Shown: positions 9,661-19,612 of the stretch, piece after piece
How the letters are laid out: each line of letters begins with the position of its first letter
Numbering within the stretch: position 1 is the stretch's first letter
DNA from: a virus
Lineage: Duplodnaviria > Caudoviricetes
Strand: one strand, 5' to 3'
Length of the DNA stretch: 64,000 nt
IMG/VR virus record: IMGVR_UViG_3300025608_000013
Location: 27,984-91,983 of that record
Position numbers and translations under genes: made by a program
The notes under the pieces: generated by a model
Told to the model about the DNA's origin: nothing
What the model saw: the letters and a program-made list of their open reading frames with translations, nothing else
The model's database searches: none

Positions 9661-12600
9661 TTATCCGTTAAAGTCATCCTGCGATGTCATTGCTGCCATA
9701 AACAATGAATTTGCAAGCATGTCTCCATCCACTCCGCCGGTAAAGTTTGTAGTTTCACTGAAGTTAACAATACCTTCAGTAGTTCCTATTTCGTTATTTG
9801 TAGCAAATACAACACCTGCTGTAATTTTGTTAGTAAACAGCGTTGCTCCACCACCTGTAATACGATTTTCTAAGTAGTCTCCAATTGCTCTCTGTGTAGG
9901 AATAATTGCATCTGAGTTTGCAGTCATTGTATTATCTGTTGAGAACTCTCTAATTGTAGCCTGTGTACCGCCTACTTGAATACCACCTAGTCTCAATTCA
10001 TCTAGTCCGCCTAGATCAAAGAAGTCTGCGTTTAGTGTTAAGCCACCTGATGCCTGTGCAACTCGGAATAGTTCACCTACTCTAAAGTTACCGTCTTGGT
10101 CAGTACTTGTGTAGAACACTCGTCCACCATTGGCTTCGACAATTTCGTTTGCCTGGCGTGTTTCGTTAATAGCTTCACGACCAAATACATATAGCTCTGG
10201 ATAGTTTGTATCTTCAAAGTTACCAGTACCAATGTCTAGGAAGTCATGTCCTGTTAGTCGTACTTGTGAAAAGTCCTCACGTATTGTAATTGCTTCTTCA
10301 TGATCTGGCGAAGTATCAATTGCAATCAATGGACTAATTCTTACCTTAATATCAAAATTAGGTGCTACTCCGCTTGTCTCTTCAACAAGTACAATACGAT
10401 AGATTGTATCTGGTTGACCTGCAAGACGTAAGTTTGATCCTGGACCTGGAACTTTTGCAACATTTTTAAGAACTAAGCTTTGACCTAGCTGATAAATGTC
10501 AGCATATCCGTTGCCTGTTAGTGTAGTTACAGCAGTAATATATCCGGTTCCTCTATTATAAAATGTCGGCTGCGGTAGTACTCCGTCATTAACATTTGTT
10601 TGTATTAACGGTTCGATATACTCTTCCGGATCTGTTACTGTAACTAAAGGTGTAGTTGCGTAACCTGAACCTGGATCTAAAACAATAAATCTGTTTAAGT
10701 TATTGTTAGCAACGGTTACACGCATTAATGCTCTACGTCCGCCAGTAATAGTAACACCTGTGTCTGATCCGTCTTTGGTTAGCCATGTAGGTTGTCCGTT
10801 TACTACGCCGCCTGCAACAGATCCGTAACCTGGTAAGTCAGCACGTTGTATCCAGTTTGCACTATCATCCGACGTTAGTAGTGTTCCGTTACTACCTACA
10901 GCAATAAATTCGCCGCCAGCATAAGCAATATTCCAATCTTGGCGTACTGAGTCGCCTACTAGATCACTGTCTAGCCAGTTTACACCGTCTGGTGAGTAAA
11001 AAATTCTGTCTGCATCATTTACAGAAGCAACAAATTTGTTGTCTCCCCATACAATTTCGTTATACGCTTCGGGGCTAGACGGTGCAGGTAAAAGTCCACC
11101 TGTCCATGTATCGCCGTTGTCTTGACTATAAACTGTGTACCCGTCTGAACTAATGGCAATCCATAAGCCTGCACCATATGTAATGTCTACCCAGTCTCTG
11201 CTAGCTGGTAAACTTACTGTTGTCCATGTATCAGGAGCAATACTCGAGTCCACACCTTGTGTAATTGTACCTTTTAGAACATTATCTTGTCCAGTAGCAC
11301 ATAAAATTACAGTATCGTTGTCTCTACCACCAACTGCAACACCTGTCCAGTCCCATGTTTGACCTAAATTTACATAGTCCCATAGTGTTCCTTCGTTTGA
11401 GTAGTGCAAATTAGCAGATCCTTGCGATGCAATCAACATCATTGGACCGCTTTTAGCAATAGCACTCCATGTAGCACTATTTTCTAGCTGATTAGTTGTC
11501 CAAGTTGTACCGCTATTAGTACTTACCTCAACATCATTAGTACCGCTTAGTGCATAGTAGAAGTTTCCACCTGCAAAACCCATAATTCCTAGTCCTGCAC
11601 GAGTTACGTTAGTTGTACTATTCCAGTCTGGATCTGCAACACTTACTCTAGGTTCAATTTCGTACTTAGTAGTTTCGTCAAGTGTTAATTCTATTTGATT
11701 TGCACCAAGAATATTGTCCCAACCAATAGTATTTGTTGATTCTTTGTACACCGTAACTAGCTTGCTAACTTCATTATACGACTGAATCCAGCCATATTGA
11801 CTTACACCTCGGCCGCTTGTAATATAAATTCTCATTCCAACAAGCTGCGCTGACAATCTTTCTTCAGATTGTGCTAGTGTAATAGTTGTTGCAGTGCCAC
11901 TTTGAGCAAAATTAGTAATAAATTTATAACCTGCGCCGCCGGCTGTACTACTGTCTTCTGGTTTTAGAATTCTAACATCACTAACAGCATTATCACGGAA
12001 TTCGTTCCATTCAACGTCTAGTCCTGTTCCTGCACTGTTAATAGTATTAATACTTGCACTTGTATAATGTTGTCCTGCATTAAAATATCCAAATGCTATT
12101 ACTTCGTCAGTATCAGTATATGTTTTTTGTACCTGTGCTTCTAAACTTTGGTTGTTTACTTCGCCGGTAACTGGAATTTCTGTAGCTGAGAATCCTTCAG
12201 CAACTGAACCAAATGTACCATACGAGTTGTTACCGTTAGTAGCACGTAAAATACCACCTTCTTCTGCAAGATATCCAATATGTGCATAGTATGTAAACAC
12301 AGATACAAGCTCAGAGCGTCCTCCATTTGAGGCCCAATACCCAATTCCGTCACTTAGTACTTGTGTAAAGTCGTTGGCAACAACACTTCTGTTTCCGCCG
12401 TTATGCAATGCACCGTCAATCTTCATACCTACACAATTATTACCAATTGTTGTAACACCTTGTACATAAGTCGACTTATCACGTACCCATACACGCTGAT
12501 CATCTGGGCCTTCACCTGGGTCAAGACTTACAAATGCGCCTCCTGTTGGACGTTTTGTTCCGTAATCGTTAGCGTCTGATAGTAAACCAGTCAATCCTTT

Positions 12601-15009
12601 CATCGATAACTGTCTAATACCACAGCCGTTGCGTACATAGAACATGTCTAGTTCATTGTTGTTTGTAGGAATAACTAGTTCTTCTTGCGGTTGAATAATG
12701 CCGTGCAAGTTAGTTCTTTCGCTTAATATAACATCCCTTCCTTCTTCTGCAGGACGAATTGTAGTAGAACGTAATTCGTCTCCTACAATAGCAACGTCTT
12801 CAGGAACAATAATCGGAAGGATTTCTGCATAATCACCAGTCATTACACGAATAGTGGCTCCGCCGCGCGGTGGATTTTTAACTAGAGCAGGTAAACTTCC
12901 TAGTCCGTTTGCTACTACGTCAGTAACGATTGCCATATAGTCTGTAACTTCGTCAGCTGCACCTGTTTCAGATGTAAATGCATCAGTATATTGTGTACTC
13001 TTTGTTTGAATACTCGAATATAGTGAGTTTGCTATTACGTAATCATTAATTAGGTCACGTGCAAAGTTTAAGGCTGCAACAGTTTGATCCTGTTGACCAT
13101 TTACTAAGCTAACTGCACCATTCCAGTAAGACTGTGCAGATCTTCTTGTCTGCTCATTACCGGTATATGTCATATCTGTAGCCATACTATTAACAATAAT
13201 AGCTACATCTCTAGCACATTTTTCTGCATTATAAGTAAAGCCGCTCCAAATACCTGTTCCTGCTGCTACATTTGCATCAATCCATGCTGTTGTTTCGTCT
13301 TTGATAAAATCTACGTTCTTTCTCATCAAGTTTGTTGCTCTTTCAAAGAATCTATCACGCAATCCTGAACGATTCTTTTCGTCACGTAGAATATAATTAC
13401 ATGCAAAGCGCAATGTACGGAACGGAGCGTTTAATGTTCCGCCTTGCGATTCGTCGTCGATGCCATGTGTTGCAACATAATAAACATAATTGTGCTTATC
13501 AATACTATCCCACGCTGGCAAGTTTGATGTAGCTCTTAATGCTTGTCCTGTTGTACCAATTGCTAAACGCTGTGTGTCAACTGCTGTACTGTCTTGATCA
13601 TCGTATGTTTTAATATCACCAACTCTTGCAAGTTTGTTAGTTAATGTACCTTTGATCATGTATTTCCAGTAAGTGTCATCTGTATTGTTGACATCTAGAT
13701 CTGGACGACTGTCTGATTCTGTAGATCTATGATATTTTAGTGCAATATAGCTAGTACCTTGCCAAGTAACAATATCACCTGGATAGTATTCTACATCGTC
13801 TTCCCAAACATTACGGAATTGGCGTCCATCCGATAATACTTCCCAAACATTTGGATGCAAATCTGGTTGTTGGTTAAGGTTGTCAGCTGTTGCAAGATAT
13901 ACATTTCCAGAAAAACGAACTACATCACCAGTTCTATAATTTATAAAACTAGAATCTTCGTTTTGAGTATTCCACTCTCCGAGAAATCTATATGCTACTA
14001 GGTTTAAATCCCAATCACTAGGGTTAGTACTTGGAATTGTACTTACATTATAAGTTAATGCTTTATATGTGTAACCACCGTAACGTGCAATATCGCCTGG
14101 TTGATAGCGTGTACCGTCTTCCCATTCGCCTTCGTATTCTTGTCCTGGTAGATATACTTGCCATTTATCGCCATCGTCGGTAAATTCTTCACCCGATACG
14201 TGTGCAGTAATACATTTTACTGCTGACGGGCCTCTTTTTACAACATCGTTTACACGATATTTAATTTCAGGTGTCCAATCAAATCTATAATCAGTACCTT
14301 CGACTAAAATTTCCCATTTACCTTGGTCTTGTTCTAGGCCAATATCGATATTATCTGCACTTGTATGTCCAATTGCACAACGATATACAATACCGCCATA
14401 TTTAATAATATCATTTGTTCTGTAGCGTGTGCCAATACCCCAGTCGCCGCGCCAACTGTCGCCGTCTGATAATACTGCCCATTTGTTTTGATCTGATTCA
14501 AGACCTACAGCATTTGTCGAGGCAGAAATATGCTGTTCTAGTGCCTTGTAAACACGACCATTATAGCGTACAATGTCGTTTCGTCTGTATAGTGTGTTAG
14601 TTGACCAGTTGTATTTCCAATCTGTGTCTGATACAGCAACTACTTTCCATTTAGTAATGTCTTCAATAAGACCGTCTGTGCCTGAACTAAATGTTGGGCT
14701 TGATACGTGTTCTTCGATACATTGATAAATGCCTGAACCATACTTAACAATAGCGCCTTCTGAATACGTTGTGCTAGTTGCCCAGTTTCCTTTCCATACT
14801 ACACCGTCGGATTGTAGTTCCCATTTTGGTCTTGCCGGACTTACATCTGCACCTTCAATGTCATTAGAAAAAGTTGATGCTGTGTGTACTCTTAACGCTA
14901 CGTAGGTTTTACCTTCGTATTCGATCATATCGTCAACTACATAGTCTGATCCTGATGTCCAAGATCCTTTCCATGTAAATCGAATTCTATTTAACTGAAA
15001 TTCTGCCAT
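9661..15009 (-). CDS. Large tail fibre protein, paralog of 4824-9623 with an extra BNR/Asp-box propeller
   Basis: Same repeats and C-terminus (RLTGHDFLDIGTGNF, GGRVFYTSTDQDGNFRVG); Asp-box motifs YSQDNGDTW and YSPDGVNW. ATG at 15009 (MAEFQL) matches the paralog start. Confidence 0.75.
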   Translation of the reverse strand: MAEFQLNRIRFTWKGSWTSGSDYVVDDMIEYEGKTYVALRVHTASTFSNDIEGADVSPARPKWELQSDGVVWKGNWATSTTYSEGAIVKYGSGIYQCIEEHVSSPTFSSGTDGLIEDITKWKVVAVSDTDWKYNWSTNTLYRRNDIVRYNGRVYKALEQHISASTNAVGLESDQNKWAVLSDGDSWRGDWGIGTRYRTNDIIKYGGIVYRCAIGHTSADNIDIGLEQDQGKWEILVEGTDYRFDWTPEIKYRVNDVVKRGPSAVKCITAHVSGEEFTDDGDKWQVYLPGQEYEGEWEDGTRYQPGDIARYGGYTYKALTYNVSTIPSTNPSDWDLNLVAYRFLGEWNTQNEDSSFINYRTGDVVRFSGNVYLATADNLNQQPDLHPNVWEVLSDGRQFRNVWEDDVEYYPGDIVTWQGTSYIALKYHRSTESDSRPDLDVNNTDDTYWKYMIKGTLTNKLARVGDIKTYDDQDSTAVDTQRLAIGTTGQALRATSNLPAWDSIDKHNYVYYVATHGIDDESQGGTLNAPFRTLRFACNYILRDEKNRSGLRDRFFERATNLMRKNVDFIKDETTAWIDANVAAGTGIWSGFTYNAEKCARDVAIIVNSMATDMTYTGNEQTRRSAQSYWNGAVSLVNGQQDQTVAALNFARDLINDYVIANSLYSSIQTKSTQYTDAFTSETGAADEVTDYMAIVTDVVANGLGSLPALVKNPPRGGATIRVMTGDYAEILPIIVPEDVAIVGDELRSTTIRPAEEGRDVILSERTNLHGIIQPQEELVIPTNNNELDMFYVRNGCGIRQLSMKGLTGLLSDANDYGTKRPTGGAFVSLDPGEGPDDQRVWVRDKSTYVQGVTTIGNNCVGMKIDGALHNGGNRSVVANDFTQVLSDGIGYWASNGGRSELVSVFTYYAHIGYLAEEGGILRATNGNNSYGTFGSVAEGFSATEIPVTGEVNNQSLEAQVQKTYTDTDEVIAFGYFNAGQHYTSASINTINSAGTGLDVEWNEFRDNAVSDVRILKPEDSSTAGGAGYKFITNFAQSGTATTITLAQSEERLSAQLVGMRIYITSGRGVSQYGWIQSYNEVSKLVTVYKESTNTIGWDNILGANQIELTLDETTKYEIEPRVSVADPDWNSTTNVTRAGLGIMGFAGGNFYYALSGTNDVEVSTNSGTTWTTNQLENSATWSAIAKSGPMMLIASQGSANLHYSNEGTLWDYVNLGQTWDWTGVAVGGRDNDTVILCATGQDNVLKGTITQGVDSSIAPDTWTTVSLPASRDWVDITYGAGLWIAISSDGYTVYSQDNGDTWTGGLLPAPSSPEAYNEIVWGDNKFVASVNDADRIFYSPDGVNWLDSDLVGDSVRQDWNIAYAGGEFIAVGSNGTLLTSDDSANWIQRADLPGYGSVAGGVVNGQPTWLTKDGSDTGVTITGGRRALMRVTVANNNLNRFIVLDPGSGYATTPLVTVTDPEEYIEPLIQTNVNDGVLPQPTFYNRGTGYITAVTTLTGNGYADIYQLGQSLVLKNVAKVPGPGSNLRLAGQPDTIYRIVLVEETSGVAPNFDIKVRISPLIAIDTSPDHEEAITIREDFSQVRLTGHDFLDIGTGNFEDTNYPELYVFGREAINETRQANEIVEANGGRVFYTSTDQDGNFRVGELFRVAQASGGLTLNADFFDLGGLDELRLGGIQVGGTQATIREFSTDNTMTANSDAIIPTQRAIGDYLENRITGGGATLFTNKITAGVVFATNNEIGTTEGIVNFSETTNFTGGVDGDMLANSLFMAAMTSQDDFNG

Positions 15010-15046
15010 TTTCAATAATACCTTTTATCTTTATCTATGTATTTAT

Positions 15047-15406
15047 TTAGACCCCAGTAGGGTAAGTGTAATCTTCGTTTATACGTAGTACTAGTTGTCC
15101 TTCGTCGTCGATATAATACAACACACTTCTATTATCCCATTTAAATTGTTCATAGTTTAAATTTTCATAAACAATTTGATGTTTAACATCTCTTCCTTCA
15201 AAGAAATCTTCACCCATTGCAAAGTCTGGATAGTTTTCTGCTGGATCTCCTGATTTATTAATTTCAAGAGCTTCTCCTGCTTTCAGCTGATCAATCTTTG
15301 CTAAAAATAATTCGCCTTCGTCTGTTCTTCTAAAGCCGTAAAAATATCTAGCATCAGTTTGATTTACAAGATCACCTACGCTTTGTCCTAAAAATCCGTC
15401 ACTCAT
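15047..15406 (-). CDS. Hypothetical virion-associated protein
   Basis: Acidic 119 aa ORF coupled (TAATG overlap) to the upstream gene in the fibre operon. Confidence 0.55.
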   Translation of the reverse strand: MSDGFLGQSVGDLVNQTDARYFYGFRRTDEGELFLAKIDQLKAGEALEINKSGDPAENYPDFAMGEDFFEGRDVKHQIVYENLNYEQFKWDNRSVLYYIDDEGQLVLRINEDYTYPTGV

Positions 15407-15738
15407 TATACAATCTCCACTGTGCTTACAATTACGTCAAGTGCGTCAGCTGTATCAGATTCGGCATATAATATGTCGCCGGGCTGTAATACAATCTTTT
15501 CACCTTTGCCAATTGGCTTTAAAGTTGAGTTCGGAGCACATTGTATATCTTTTATTAAGTATACAACAACACTATCACTGCCGCTGCCAATTAAAAGACT
15601 TCCGCTTACTACTGATGTAGTTACGTTAGCCATGCTCAAGCCAATAATTGTTGTTTTTGTCGACGGAGGACTTGTGTAAATAGGTGTTCTTACTGTTCCT
15701 ACGTCTTTAATTAATGCATTTTTAAAATTCGTTGCCAT
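15406..15738 (-). CDS. Small virion protein (fibre-adaptor-like paralog family)
   Basis: IYTSPPSTKTTIIGLSMAN...GEKIVLQPGD; follows a large fibre gene. Confidence 0.55.
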   Translation of the reverse strand: MATNFKNALIKDVGTVRTPIYTSPPSTKTTIIGLSMANVTTSVVSGSLLIGSGSDSVVVYLIKDIQCAPNSTLKPIGKGEKIVLQPGDILYAESDTADALDVIVSTVEIV

Positions 15739-15750
15739 TTTTCTTTCCTA

Positions 15751-18700
15751 TTACAATAGAATTGCAAACTTAATTGCAATGTCCTCTGCGTCATTAAAAC
15801 TTACAGCACCAGTTGATCCTGCAACAGATACCCAGTTGCCGCCAATATCATAAATCTCAACACGATCTTCGACTGTGTTGTAGCGCATCATACCAGTTTC
15901 TGGTGTTGGATGGCGTTCTTCGTTGTTACCCGATGGAATAACAAATCCGCCTGTGCCAGGTACTTTAAAATATCCTGTTCCAACCTGTTCTAGTACTGTG
16001 ACATCGCCGTCTACTAGGTTAGTAATTGTTCCGCCGTTAAATGCAAAGTTCTCAATACTAATAGTACCAGTACCGTTTGCACGTAGTTCTAAGTCTTGAT
16101 TAGTGGTAATAGTTTGTAGTGTATTACCACTAATTTCAATGTCGTCAACTTGCAGTTTAGCTACATCAAATCTTTCTGTATTTACATCAGCTACAAGTAC
16201 ACCACCTGCATAAAAACGTAATGTATCATCGTCTGCACCTGGAGTAAGTTCTGGCGTAATGTATGTATCGCGGTCTTGATCGTACACACCGCCTAGCTCT
16301 GACCATTCACCGTCATATGCTTCGAAAACACCACTTTCAGTATTGTAACGAATCATACCAACTTCTGGAGTTCCGGGGCGTTCTGCTGTTGTACCTTTTG
16401 GAATTACTAAACTACCAGTGCCTTGTATTTCTACAACATCTGCACTTGGTGATAATATAATACTTCCTGAATCATTAGTAATAGTATTATCTTTAATTTT
16501 GATATCGTCAATAACAACACTACCAGAAGCATTAGTAATAAGGTTGATATCACCTACTGAGTCTGTAGCCTTAATGTAGTTATCATTAATTTCTAGTGTG
16601 TCTACTAGTACCTTGCCAGTATGTAATTCTTGCCATGCAAGATTTTCGCTACCTAAATTATAAGTGTCAGTCACAGCTGGAAGTAGATCACTGTCAATTG
16701 CTGCTGTGATTTGAATACTATCAGTTGCAGCATCACCTAGTGTAATGTTGCCGCCAATTGTTACATTACCAGTAACATCTAAACTACCTGTAATATTAAC
16801 ATCATCTTGTAGATTAATTGTTCCGCTTGCTGCGTCAAAGTTTAAGTCGCCGCTGATACTTTCTACAGTATTACCGCTGAATTTAATATTACCTGTTTGT
16901 ACTTTTGTGCCGTCAATGATTGTAGTGTTACTACCGTCGGTAAATGTAATACCTTCGTTATTATTAAACAAGAATTCTGCATTTGTAAACGAAACTTCAC
17001 CAGTTTCTTGGTTAACACGGAATAAATCGCCTACTCTAAAATCACCTTTGTGATCAACTGTTGAGTAGTAAACATTTGCATCGTTTAGAGAAACAACTTC
17101 GTTTTCTTGAATAACAGTGCTTGTATCGTTGCTAACATCTTTACCATTACCAATATATGCAAAGTTTTGTCCAATTAGATATGCAACAACACCCGGACCG
17201 TCAGCATAGATACCATAGTTGCCGTAAACACTAGCACTTGCAATTGCACGAATTTCTGCACCAAAGTCTGAGTAATCAACCAGCTCAAATTTTTCAGCAG
17301 TGTCGCCGCCACTGAATCTAATATCTTGTACAAATTGATTATCGTCTACAATAACTTGACTTCCAGTTTCGCCGTCCATGTGTAACATTAAAACAGTAGT
17401 TGAAGTTACAGGAAGTGCTGTTGTAGGAGCAGTAAAATTACTACTATAACCGCTACCTTTTCTAACTCTAAAATCGTCTATTCTTAAATGAGCTGCATTA
17501 TTACCTGTATAATCTGCTCCTAATTTAAGTGATTTAGTTAAACCTAAATTTGTAGAATTACTATTAGAAGATATATTACTACCATTAAGATATATTATCA
17601 AGTTAGATGAAACTCTTGAAACAGCAATATGATACCATGTATTTGAAACTAAAGTATTAGCTGGTTCTAATATATCAGTTTGACCAATTGCTAGTTTTAA
17701 ATTTTTACTAGAATCTATTCTAAGATTTAGCCCTGCTGCATCGATAGCACTTCCGGCTCTAAGATCAAAAAGATAACTGTCACTTACAGGATCAGATAAT
17801 AATCTAAACCAACCTTCGATACTAAAGTCACCTGTACCAAATCCAAAGTCGGGTTGTGTTATTATTTCTGCATAATCGTCAGTCCCGTCTAATAGAAGAG
17901 ATGCATTGCCTATTTGAGAAACATTTTGACTTATATTTGCGCCATTTTTAGCAGTTACAGTTTTTCTTGCTCTTGTAGGTGCAAGTGACCAACCAGTTAC
18001 TTTGCCGTCTAAGTAAAAATAATCTCCGTCGGCAGTTTCTACAGTTCCGGTTGCTAGTACAGTTGTACCGTCTGTATCGTAATATGTTAGTGTTTCGCCA
18101 TTAGCAACGGCGCCGCTTAGGCCACTTACTTTTAGTTTAGTTTTACCATTACCTGCAATGCCATCTGCACTATCATAAAAGTCCATACCCCTGTCAGCAA
18201 AGTATGTAAAGCTGTTAAGCCATTCTATTCTTGCACCGTTAGTAGCTTTTAAAGCTGTAACGCCTGGAGTAATAAATGTAACGGCATGGAAAAGCATACT
18301 TGCTTCCCTGCTAGTTGATGCAACTACACTACCGTCTAAGAATACACCGGCTCCTGCGTCACCTGCATCAAATCCTCTTGGATCTGCACTAGTAACTGTA
18401 GTACCTTGTGTAATGACACTTATATTACGCACATAAGGTGAACGTTGTGTTACGTTCATACTTGGCGCAAAGCGGAAAGCATATCCTTTATCGTTATTAC
18501 TGTCGTAATAGAAGTTTTTAATAGTAAGTTCTTCAACAGTTGACTCGCCGTTCATTAAGAACACGTCTTCTGATTGGCTAGTGCTGTCTGGTGTAATTTC
18601 AACACTACGTAGACTTTCACCGCGTACTGTTACGCCTTGTGGAACTGTTAGTGGAAATACTTCTTGATATTGTCCTGGATACAAATAAACAGTATCGCCT

Positions 18701-19473
18701 GCTTGTGCAACACTTAGTGCAAATTCAATTGTTCTAACTGGGTCTTGTGGATGTGCTCCAGTAGATAAATCTGAACCGTTTTGTGCTACGTAAATAACAT
18801 TACCGGGTGTTGAAGTTAAATCTAAGTCACCAAAGTCAATATCGTTGGTTGTTAGTGTATCGACATATGTGTTGTTTACATACGCTGTTAACCAACGTTT
18901 TGTTTCGCTACCAATTGAATAAATTTCATTTTGATCTGGAATAATGTCACTTGCAATTTCAGCGTTAATTGTAATAGTATCAGTATCTTCGTCACCAATT
19001 TGAATGTCGCCGTCTGCTGTAATATTACCAGTAGCATGAAGGTTACCTGTAATAGTAGTATTACCTTCAATGTTAACGTTACCAGTGCCATTGGCTCTAA
19101 TAAACAAGTCACTGTTAGTGTTTGTATTTTCAATAAAACTATCGTTAATTTCTAAGTCGCCAACAAGAACTCTATTACCGACAATAACACTGTCAGTAGT
19201 TGCAATTCTAAATTCTTGTGCGCTTGTAGAAATTGTATTTGTACTACCGTTAATTGTTACATTACCGATATTAAATACTGGATTTGTGATTTCTAAATCT
19301 GTTACCCGTGCTATACCATCAACATCGAGGGGATATTGCGGACTTGTTGTTTTAACACCGATTCGACGGTTGTTAACATCAAGATATAAGAGGTCTGTCT
19401 CAAACGCTAAATCTACTCCATCACGTAGTAGATTCGACTTCAAGAGCGGACCGGAAATACGACCAATTGCCAT
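15751..19473 (-). CDS. Tail fibre/structural protein with beta-helix and LamG/concanavalin-like domain
   Basis: YVAQNGSD...PGQYQE.FPL.VP beta-helix start; FGTGDFSIEGW...WYHIAVSR...IDDFRV LamG motifs; two PxG..RP..G.IRYNT motifs. Confidence 0.75.
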   Translation of the reverse strand: MAIGRISGPLLKSNLLRDGVDLAFETDLLYLDVNNRRIGVKTTSPQYPLDVDGIARVTDLEITNPVFNIGNVTINGSTNTISTSAQEFRIATTDSVIVGNRVLVGDLEINDSFIENTNTNSDLFIRANGTGNVNIEGNTTITGNLHATGNITADGDIQIGDEDTDTITINAEIASDIIPDQNEIYSIGSETKRWLTAYVNNTYVDTLTTNDIDFGDLDLTSTPGNVIYVAQNGSDLSTGAHPQDPVRTIEFALSVAQAGDTVYLYPGQYQEVFPLTVPQGVTVRGESLRSVEITPDSTSQSEDVFLMNGESTVEELTIKNFYYDSNNDKGYAFRFAPSMNVTQRSPYVRNISVITQGTTVTSADPRGFDAGDAGAGVFLDGSVVASTSREASMLFHAVTFITPGVTALKATNGARIEWLNSFTYFADRGMDFYDSADGIAGNGKTKLKVSGLSGAVANGETLTYYDTDGTTVLATGTVETADGDYFYLDGKVTGWSLAPTRARKTVTAKNGANISQNVSQIGNASLLLDGTDDYAEIITQPDFGFGTGDFSIEGWFRLLSDPVSDSYLFDLRAGSAIDAAGLNLRIDSSKNLKLAIGQTDILEPANTLVSNTWYHIAVSRVSSNLIIYLNGSNISSNSNSTNLGLTKSLKLGADYTGNNAAHLRIDDFRVRKGSGYSSNFTAPTTALPVTSTTVLMLHMDGETGSQVIVDDNQFVQDIRFSGGDTAEKFELVDYSDFGAEIRAIASASVYGNYGIYADGPGVVAYLIGQNFAYIGNGKDVSNDTSTVIQENEVVSLNDANVYYSTVDHKGDFRVGDLFRVNQETGEVSFTNAEFLFNNNEGITFTDGSNTTIIDGTKVQTGNIKFSGNTVESISGDLNFDAASGTINLQDDVNITGSLDVTGNVTIGGNITLGDAATDSIQITAAIDSDLLPAVTDTYNLGSENLAWQELHTGKVLVDTLEINDNYIKATDSVGDINLITNASGSVVIDDIKIKDNTITNDSGSIILSPSADVVEIQGTGSLVIPKGTTAERPGTPEVGMIRYNTESGVFEAYDGEWSELGGVYDQDRDTYITPELTPGADDDTLRFYAGGVLVADVNTERFDVAKLQVDDIEISGNTLQTITTNQDLELRANGTGTISIENFAFNGGTITNLVDGDVTVLEQVGTGYFKVPGTGGFVIPSGNNEERHPTPETGMMRYNTVEDRVEIYDIGGNWVSVAGSTGAVSFNDAEDIAIKFAILL

Positions 19474-19592
19474 CTCTTCTCCTCAGCACGGGGATCCTGT
19501 CCCTCCAACCAAATTCTCATCCCCTAAAGGCTCTTTGCTGGTTGACCACAGTCTGGATTGCAAATGTCTTGGTCTACACTTGCATACAATAG
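19474..19592 (-). promoter_or_regulatory. Structured GC-rich 5' leader (candidate cis-regulatory RNA)
   Basis: About 115 nt between the late promoter (19593-19599) and ATG; 9-bp and 7-bp stems and two possible pseudoknots. Confidence 0.55.
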
Positions 19593-19612
19593 TATTTATC
19601 CAAAGATGGGAT

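Noticed and set aside
8300-15009. CRISPR-like or DNA tandem repeats in the fibre genes
   Set aside because: Repetition is at protein level with diverged codons; there is no repeat-spacer structure.
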